Shown in pieces: positions 57,988-64,000 of a stretch of 64,000 bases of DNA (position 1 is its first letter; every line of letters begins with the position of its first letter). The DNA is from a virus (Duplodnaviria > Caudoviricetes). The DNA lies in the IMG/VR virus record IMGVR_UViG_3300020045_011785, positions 7,973-71,972 of that record; one strand, written 5' to 3'. The notes below the pieces were generated by a model. That model worked only from the letters and a program-made list of their open reading frames with translations, was not told the origin of the DNA and ran no database searches. A program made the translations under genes and the position numbers.

Positions 57988-58128
57988 ATGACAGCTGAAG
58001 AGAAAGATTTGGTTTATCAAAAACTTATGAGTATATTGATATTAATGGAAGAAATGGATAACAATATGGCTCTAATGGAATTAGAACATTTTATTGAATG
58101 GATTAAGGAAGTAGAAACAAATGGCTGA
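57988..58128 (+). CDS. Small hypothetical protein
   Basis: ATG at 57988 after the upstream stop. Confidence 0.45.
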   Translation: MTAEEKDLVYQKLMSILILMEEMDNNMALMELEHFIEWIKEVETNG

Positions 58129-58429
58129 AAAAAGAGGACAATTAGAAAAACTAAAATACAATTTTGACACCGCTAAAGCAGTTTATGTCAAAATGAATGA
58201 TAAAATGTATCGTATAACAGAACGTGACTTTAGATCATTCAACGGTGAAAGATATATTTTTGAAAAGGTAAATGGTGAATACCAACACGTACCTTATAAG
58301 GGTCCTATCTATTATCACAACACAAATAAAAAATGTAAAGAACCAATTGGTATAAACAAGGTTCAATATGCTCACGACAAACCTTGGGTTTCGGTTAGAC
58401 GCCCACATGAAAGGTACTTAGAGGATTGA
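58121..58429 (+). CDS. Hypothetical protein
   Basis: 102 aa. Confidence 0.55.
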   Translation: MAEKRGQLEKLKYNFDTAKAVYVKMNDKMYRITERDFRSFNGERYIFEKVNGEYQHVPYKGPIYYHNTNKKCKEPIGINKVQYAHDKPWVSVRRPHERYLED

Positions 58430-58629
58430 TATTTATGTCTATGACTAACGAAGAGCTAATTGAAGAATTGTACCACAAAGCTCATGCAAAGGGTTTCTTT
58501 CATGAGTTGCACGAAAAAGTAAATGAACTAACTCAAAAAAATAAATATAAATGTAAACACGATTTGGTTCGAACAGCTTATAATGAAATTAAAAATTTAA
58601 AGCTTGCTCAACCATCCACGCAAAATTAA
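58426..58629 (+). CDS. Hypothetical protein
   Basis: 67 aa; real start may be ATG at 58435 or 58441. Confidence 0.5.
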   Translation: MIFMSMTNEELIEELYHKAHAKGFFHELHEKVNELTQKNKYKCKHDLVRTAYNEIKNLKLAQPSTQN

Positions 58630-58655
58630 TCCGTATATACAAACCCAATACAAAT

Positions 58656-58838
58656 ATGAATAAATTATATAACTACGTATTTTGGTTCAACCACCACACC
58701 GACCTATGGCATGCTATCCCAAGAGATCAATATATTGACTTTTTTAGCGGTGAAAGAAAACCAACCAAAACCCTTAAATCCAAAGACATCAACACTTTGA
58801 TATTCATTATCAATAATCCAAAATCAATTGAAAAATAA
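58656..58838 (+). CDS. Hypothetical protein
   Basis: 60 aa; WFNHHTDLWHAIPR. Confidence 0.55.
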   Translation: MNKLYNYVFWFNHHTDLWHAIPRDQYIDFFSGERKPTKTLKSKDINTLIFIINNPKSIEK

Positions 58839-59505
58839 AATTAAATGGTTTTTAATGCTAGTAGTATTCTATGTTATAGGAATGCTAGCAAGTTATGTTT
58901 TGTGGTCCAAACCACCACAACCAAAAATAGTAGCGGCCAAGCCAACAACCGTACTTGCGGACACAATAGTAAGCGTTAGAGGTAAAAAAGCATTATTCAT
59001 AGGGGACTCTCACACGGCCAACCACAACTATGGATGGCAGATTCAAGTATGCCAAGCAACCGGTCTAATACAAAACAACATAGCTGTTGGAGGCAAGACC
59101 ACAAGTTGGATGCTACAACAAGCAAACATGTATGTGAACTCCAATTATGATTATTGTTTTATATACGGAGGAGCTAATGACATGTACAACAGCCATATAA
59201 GTGCTGGAATGGCATTTAATAACATTCAGTACATAGTAAACATATGTAACTATAAAGGTGTTAAACCGGTTGTATTAACTGGATTTGATTATTCAGTGTG
59301 TACTAGAACCGATAACCAAATGTATCCAGTTAAGGGTGCGGAACTACAAAGGATGTTACTAACTCAACTTCGGGGTGCAACAGTAGTGGATACAAGGGTA
59401 GTCTACAGGGGAGACTGTGGTGATGCATTGTGTCATATGAGCTATTCAGGGCATCAGAAAACAGCACAAGCTGTTATTAAAGCGTGTAAGTTTAAGAGAT
59501 TTTAA
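58828..59505 (+). CDS. Membrane-anchored SGNH/GDSL hydrolase
   Basis: N-terminal TM; IGDSHT, GGKTT, YGGAND, DALCH. Confidence 0.82.
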   Translation: MKNKIKWFLMLVVFYVIGMLASYVLWSKPPQPKIVAAKPTTVLADTIVSVRGKKALFIGDSHTANHNYGWQIQVCQATGLIQNNIAVGGKTTSWMLQQANMYVNSNYDYCFIYGGANDMYNSHISAGMAFNNIQYIVNICNYKGVKPVVLTGFDYSVCTRTDNQMYPVKGAELQRMLLTQLRGATVVDTRVVYRGDCGDALCHMSYSGHQKTAQAVIKACKFKRF

Positions 59506-59752
59506 TTATATTTGGGGTATGTGGTTGCAAAATAATTTTAAATTGGTTATGATTGGGGGGTTGGCTTTGATTGTAGGTTTGAGTTGTATGGAGGCGAGAA
59601 AAACCCATAAGCAAATTAAGAAAGGTGAAGCCCAATGGGTATTTTTGAAAAAGAATAAGAAAAAATGAAAATTAATCCTTGGAGTATTATTTTGATTTTG
59701 ACTTTTAGTATTATAGTATCGGTAACAAATAAAACAATAAAAAATAAAGAAT

Positions 59753-60610
59753 ATGAAAAAACTATTAATGACTCTAGTGCTTACTTTGATGACAGCACTA
59801 TCTTTATCCGCCAAATGTGATTGGAGCACACTTAAACTTCAACAATGGAATCAACGTAACTTGTATAAGTGGTACGTGAGTGGAAGCGTGTTGGATGACA
59901 CTTGTGTTGACTACATGTTTATGGTTTATGATTTCCAAACTAAGAAAACCGACACAGTAGAATCATTTAGAGGTATTTGTGAGGTTCAGTTTAATGTTAA
60001 AGGCAAATACAAAATGTACCTGAAGGTATGGAACAAGTGTGAAAAATGTGATACAGCCCTATATCGTGAGGTAAACATCATTTATTTCCCTAAATGTACT
60101 TACACTTATAATCTGAAGTCAACTGGTGGTAAGTGTTTGGATAGTATGGTTGGTGAAATGAGTTTGGGTCCTTGGACTAAAGGTGATACATGCTGGCAGT
60201 GGTATTCTTATATTTGGAATGGACCGTTGTTGGATTCATTGAGTGAGTTTGATTTTATACACATGAGTGACTATGATTTGTGGATGTATTATGATTTTAA
60301 CGATAGTGATATGGTACATTATGATGGTCCAACTAACTCGGCTCGTTTGATTAAGTATAAGTTCCCACATAAAGGTAATTATTTGGTTGCTACTCAATGG
60401 TACAATAAGTGTTTGGATCAAGATACGTTCTTCTTCACTCGTATTAGTTACAATTGTAATACATCAGGTGTTGAGACAATTGTTAAAGGTGAACCTAAGT
60501 TGATGGGTATGTACGATATGATGGGACGTCCTGTTCATAATGCTCGTGAAAATGAAATTACTATCTATTTGTATAGTGATGGATCAACTCGTAAAGTATT
60601 TAAAAAATAA
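59753..60610 (+). CDS. Secreted Cys-rich protein with PKD-like repeats and T9SS-like C-terminal sorting domain
   Basis: Signal peptide MKKLLMTLVLTLMTALSLSA; two G.Y...NKC..DT repeats; tail TSGVE...YDMMGR...YSDGSTRKVFKK. Confidence 0.65.
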   Translation: MKKLLMTLVLTLMTALSLSAKCDWSTLKLQQWNQRNLYKWYVSGSVLDDTCVDYMFMVYDFQTKKTDTVESFRGICEVQFNVKGKYKMYLKVWNKCEKCDTALYREVNIIYFPKCTYTYNLKSTGGKCLDSMVGEMSLGPWTKGDTCWQWYSYIWNGPLLDSLSEFDFIHMSDYDLWMYYDFNDSDMVHYDGPTNSARLIKYKFPHKGNYLVATQWYNKCLDQDTFFFTRISYNCNTSGVETIVKGEPKLMGMYDMMGRPVHNARENEITIYLYSDGSTRKVFKK

Positions 60611-60629
60611 TTTAAAAATATTTCATAAG

Positions 60630-60655
60630 AGGGTTGGCTTTTGCCAACCCTTTTT
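60630..60655 (+). terminator. Terminator hairpin overlapping a promoter
   Basis: AGGGTTGGC-TTTT-GCCAACCCT-TTTT. Confidence 0.75.
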
Positions 60656-60664
60656 GTATATTCA
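60633..60664 (+). promoter_or_regulatory. Bacteroidota-type promoter
   Basis: GTTG-N20-TATATTCA. Confidence 0.65.
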
Positions 60665-60677
60665 CGTATAATAAGTT

Positions 60678-61100
60678 ATGAAAAAAATAGAATACACTAA
60701 TCGTTACAATGATATTTTTACATTTAGTAAAACAGAAGATGGTAACATTTTGTTTGAAGGCGAATTGAAATGGATGCGTTGTGGTTGGCCTAATGTTTAT
60801 GATGATGCTTATGCGGCCTATTGTGCTGATACAGATACTGATGAGCGAATGACTTTAGGTGAATTTAAGAAAGCTGTTCATGAACATGACCCCGAAACAT
60901 TCAAAGCAACTCCATTATCTAAACAATATGCCAAGTTAGTTTATTCAGACCAAAGTAGAATTGATATGATTGACCCCAGCGGCGGTCCTTATATGCATTC
61001 AGGTCATGATATGGGAATGTTTGATAAATCATTTAAAGGAATGATTGTTAAGGAATTTAAATCAGTTCCAGAAGGATATTTAATTGTTATTGAAAAATAA
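60678..61100 (+). CDS. Hypothetical protein
   Basis: 140 aa after promoter 60633; DPSGGPY. Confidence 0.6.
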   Translation: MKKIEYTNRYNDIFTFSKTEDGNILFEGELKWMRCGWPNVYDDAYAAYCADTDTDERMTLGEFKKAVHEHDPETFKATPLSKQYAKLVYSDQSRIDMIDPSGGPYMHSGHDMGMFDKSFKGMIVKEFKSVPEGYLIVIEK

Positions 61101-61103
61101 GTT

Positions 61104-61322
61104 ATGAATAAAATAAGTAAAGAAACAGTATTACCTTTTTTGGCATCAATGTTTACAGGTCCTTATACAGAAGAAGTAAAGCAATCAATGGAATCATTTG
61201 ATTGGAGTGAATCTAATTATTATAATCCTTCTACTCCAAAAGGTCCAATGACTAAAAAGCAGGTAAAATCAAGAGCTAAAAATAAAGCAGCTAAACAAGC
61301 TAGAAAAAGAAATAAAAAATAA
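61104..61322 (+). CDS. Hypothetical protein with basic tail
   Basis: 72 aa, GTT-ATG start. Confidence 0.55.
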   Translation: MNKISKETVLPFLASMFTGPYTEEVKQSMESFDWSESNYYNPSTPKGPMTKKQVKSRAKNKAAKQARKRNKK

Positions 61323-61325
61323 GTT

Positions 61326-61682
61326 ATGGAAAATACGTTTATCTACAATTTAAGCGAGACCGAGTATTTGGTATTTAAATCACAACGTGATTACTTTGAG
61401 TTATTCAGTGGACATGAAGGTTCAGCAACAAACAGTAAACTAGCCACTTATAGAGGTGGTAAGTGGTTGTTTGAAGACTATAATCAAAAGAAGTTGTTTT
61501 GGTTTTTGTTTAATATCTATAAAAAAGATTTTGGTAAGGCGCTTAAACAATATATTCGCTCGTTGAACGAAAGACCTAAAACATATGTTGTTACGTGTGC
61601 TAAACGAAAAATTGATATTAAAATTACGAAAATGAAACGTAATATGTGGGATTGGTTTTATGGAACATTTTATGGCAAATAG
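61326..61682 (+). CDS. Hypothetical protein
   Basis: 118 aa, GTT-ATG start. Confidence 0.55.
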   Translation: MENTFIYNLSETEYLVFKSQRDYFELFSGHEGSATNSKLATYRGGKWLFEDYNQKKLFWFLFNIYKKDFGKALKQYIRSLNERPKTYVVTCAKRKIDIKITKMKRNMWDWFYGTFYGK

Positions 61683-62751
61683 ATTAGACGAACAATACCA
61701 ACGCTTGCTTCAAGATATTATTGAATATGGTGTTGATAAGCAAGACAGGACTACAACTGGAACTAAAAGTATATTCGGTTATACTATTCATCACAACATG
61801 ATGAATGGTTTTCCATTGCTAACTACTAAAAAAGTACCATTCAAAACAATGGCTACTGAATTGATGTGGTTTTTGATGGGAGATACTGATATTAGGTTTC
61901 TGTGGGAGAACAACTGCACAATCTGGGATGGTGATTGGTATAAGAAGTATAAAACTACTTGTTCCGAACCATATACATTAGAAGAGGTTAAACAGAAAGT
62001 AAAAGATGGTAATCATCACTTTCATGATTCAATGTTTGATATGGGTCCAATTTATGGTAAGCAATGGAGAAATTGGAACCACCCGACAAATGAATTTGAA
62101 GGATATGACGGTATAGACCAAATTCAAAACCTAATCAACGACCTTAAAACAAATCCAGACTCAAGACGATTAATGGTTAATGCTTGGAATGTAGGTGAAT
62201 TAGACCAAATGGTTCTTCCTCCTTGTCACCACAGTTGGCAAATGTATACAAGAGAGTTGAGTAGAGAAGAAAGAATAGAAAACTATAACTCTAAATTTGA
62301 AAATAAAATAGAAGTACCGTTTATAAAATTAAACTTGGGAGATGCAATAGAAAATACTATCGATATGGCTCTAAATCAAGTTAACATACCAACCAGAGCA
62401 ATCTCTTTAATGTGGAATCAACGTTCAGTAGATACATTCTTAGGTTTACCATTCAACATTGCTTCTTATGGTTTGTTATTAGAAATCATTGCTAAAGAAG
62501 TGAATATGGTTCCTGATGAATTGATTGGTAATTTAGGTGATGTTCATTTATATTTGAATCATATTGAGCAGGCTAAAGAACAGATTGAAAGAGAGCCCTT
62601 TGACTTACCTACATTAAAGCATCTGAAAGCAGATAGCTTCTACGAGTCACTATCGGAAGATCAATCACTATATTCGCATTTAGAGAATACTGATTTTGAG
62701 TTAGTTAATTACCAATCACATCCGGCAATCAAAGCACCGTTAAGCAACTAG
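61672..62751 (+). CDS. thyA: Thymidylate synthase
   Basis: DRTTTGT, FPLLTTKK, GPIYGKQWR, SRR, LPPCH, QRSVDTFLGLPFN. Confidence 0.95.
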   Translation: MANRLDEQYQRLLQDIIEYGVDKQDRTTTGTKSIFGYTIHHNMMNGFPLLTTKKVPFKTMATELMWFLMGDTDIRFLWENNCTIWDGDWYKKYKTTCSEPYTLEEVKQKVKDGNHHFHDSMFDMGPIYGKQWRNWNHPTNEFEGYDGIDQIQNLINDLKTNPDSRRLMVNAWNVGELDQMVLPPCHHSWQMYTRELSREERIENYNSKFENKIEVPFIKLNLGDAIENTIDMALNQVNIPTRAISLMWNQRSVDTFLGLPFNIASYGLLLEIIAKEVNMVPDELIGNLGDVHLYLNHIEQAKEQIEREPFDLPTLKHLKADSFYESLSEDQSLYSHLENTDFELVNYQSHPAIKAPLSN

Positions 62752-62753
62752 TT

Positions 62754-63053
62754 ATGACATACGAAAATTTTTTAAAAGTAATTTTAGGACTAAAAGAAGA
62801 AAGTGAGAGAATAGACAAACTATACAAAGCAGGTTTAGATCTAGTAAACTTCTCTGATCCTTACCATGTAATAATTCAGACATTACTACTAGAGGTGTAT
62901 GGAGAGGAAGCTTGCGATTGGATTTCTAGGTTCTGTTACGAGAATGATTTTGGCCAGAAGGGATACCAGGCATGGGATAAAGATAAGAACCCAATCTGTT
63001 ATAGTTTTGAATCACTATGGGAGTATGTAGAGAAGATAAGAACAGCTTCTTAA
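62754..63053 (+). CDS. Hypothetical protein
   Basis: 99 aa. Confidence 0.6.
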   Translation: MTYENFLKVILGLKEESERIDKLYKAGLDLVNFSDPYHVIIQTLLLEVYGEEACDWISRFCYENDFGQKGYQAWDKDKNPICYSFESLWEYVEKIRTAS

Positions 63054-63094
63054 GTTGCTTTCTGAGTTAAAAATTCTTATATTTATAACAGATT

Positions 63095-63604
63095 ATGGTT
63101 CTATTTACAGAAAAAGAAATTAAGACAAGAGTTAAAAGCCTTGCCCTTGAGGTAAGTTACAAAAACAATCCTGAGAGTTCAACAAGAGTTATGATTGGAG
63201 TTCTGAACGGAGCATTTATGTTCTTCACAGACCTGGTTCGTAACATGGAGGTTGATTGTGAAATCGACTTCATTCAGGCTAAATCCTACTTAGGTCAAGT
63301 TCAAGACCGAGTAGACATTCTGAAGGATATTAACATTGATATTAAAGGTAAAGACGTCTTTATAGTAGACGACATTTACGATTCGGGTAACACTATGAAA
63401 CGCTTGGTAGCCCATCTTCAAACTAAAGGAGCTAAGTCAATCACTCCAGTTACCTTATTTAAGAGAAGCTATTCTTACATGGAGGATCTTATCTACGGAT
63501 TTGAATTACATAACGAAGCTTGGTTGGTAGGTTACGGCCTTGATGCAACCAACGGAACCAAACGCAATCAACCTTTCATCACCGGACAAATAATCGAAGA
63601 ATAA
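63095..63604 (+). CDS. hpt: Hypoxanthine-guanine phosphoribosyltransferase family, copy 2
   Basis: GVLNGAF, KSY, IVDDIYDSGNT, WLVGYGLD. Confidence 0.85.
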   Translation: MVLFTEKEIKTRVKSLALEVSYKNNPESSTRVMIGVLNGAFMFFTDLVRNMEVDCEIDFIQAKSYLGQVQDRVDILKDINIDIKGKDVFIVDDIYDSGNTMKRLVAHLQTKGAKSITPVTLFKRSYSYMEDLIYGFELHNEAWLVGYGLDATNGTKRNQPFITGQIIEE

Positions 63605-63605
63605 T

Positions 63606-64000
63606 ATGTTACTAACAAGCAAAGAAATATTAGAGAGAGGGATTGTAATCCCTTCTCCGTACTCAAAACCAACTCAAGTAGGAATTGACCTTTCAGTATG
63701 TAAGGTTGAACGCATCTTAGGAGGTTCAGTAGTTTATAAGGATAAAACTATTTTAGATCCTTTGAACTTTATGGAAGTTGAGACTGTTAAGATTGACGGT
63801 AAGGAATGCTGGAGATTAGACAAAGGAAGTTACGCAATCACTTTCAACGAAGGATGTAAGATCCCTGCTGATGCAACCGGCTTTGTACTTCATAGATCTT
63901 CTCTATACAGGACAGGAACTTCGATTGTTTCTCCTGTTTGGGATTCAGAATACGAAACTGAGAAGATGGGTACGGTAATGATCGTTAGCGTATTCTTGAT
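63606..64000 (+). CDS. Trimeric dUTPase-like protein, copy 2 (3' truncated by window edge)
   Basis: MLLTSKEIL...QVGIDLSVCK...HRSSLYRTG...WDSEY; alignable to copy 1. Confidence 0.8.
   Translation, partial: MLLTSKEILERGIVIPSPYSKPTQVGIDLSVCKVERILGGSVVYKDKTILDPLNFMEVETVKIDGKECWRLDKGSYAITFNEGCKIPADATGFVLHRSSLYRTGTSIVSPVWDSEYETEKMGTVMIVSVFL

Noticed and set aside
59506-59829. Minus-strand 107-aa ORF in an apparent gap
   Set aside because: Low-complexity Phe/Ile-rich read of AT-rich DNA; short + strand ORFs could occupy the gap instead, but neither reading is well supported.
62220-62410. Extra segment in ThyA as a mobile insert
   Set aside because: In-frame, about 45 aa, in a variable region, with no intein or nuclease features.
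63930-63960. WDSEY in dUTPase copy 2 as a specificity switch
   Set aside because: An acidic residue at this position is normal in trimeric dUTPases (DSDY, DEDY), so it is not evidence of altered substrate.

Overview
AT-rich (roughly 30% GC by spot counts) segment of a large contractile-tailed dsDNA phage. Every credible gene is on the + strand in standard code 11. A Bacteroidota host is inferred from 14 promoters of the form (T/C/G)TTG-N20-TAnnTT, SD-less GTT-ATG starts and a T9SS-type cargo protein. Order: tail and baseplate module (sheath end, tube, chaperone, tape measure, baseplate, hub with GH19 domain; 1-10.6 kb); T4-like replication genes (compact PolA-like protein, SSB, RecA/UvsX, 5'-3' exonuclease, helicase, class II RNR; 10.5-18.6 kb); a 7-deazaguanine cluster (DpdA/TGT-like, QueC, QueD, QueE, FolE) interleaved with a thioesterase, two thioredoxins, a purine phosphoribosyltransferase and a dUTPase-like gene (20.8-27.8 kb); PolB, clamp, GroES/GroEL, clamp loader and a Cas4-like nuclease (27.9-38.9 kb); an 11.5 kb glycan and sulfate-activation island (39.4-51.1 kb); and an accessory region with homing endonucleases, a transglycosylase, an SGNH hydrolase, ThyA and a second PRTase + dUTPase-like pair. 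No tRNA, rRNA or CRISPR array was recognised. Best leads: (1) a candidate +1/-2 programmed frameshift in the tail chaperone that the ORF track misses; (2) a deazaguanine pathway with a Zn-less QueC and an embedded PRTase, possibly a nucleotide-level guanine replacement route; (3) a minimal PAPS module plus a branched-sugar pathway; (4) a phage protein with a T9SS-like sorting tail. All functional calls come from motif recognition by eye; no database search was run.
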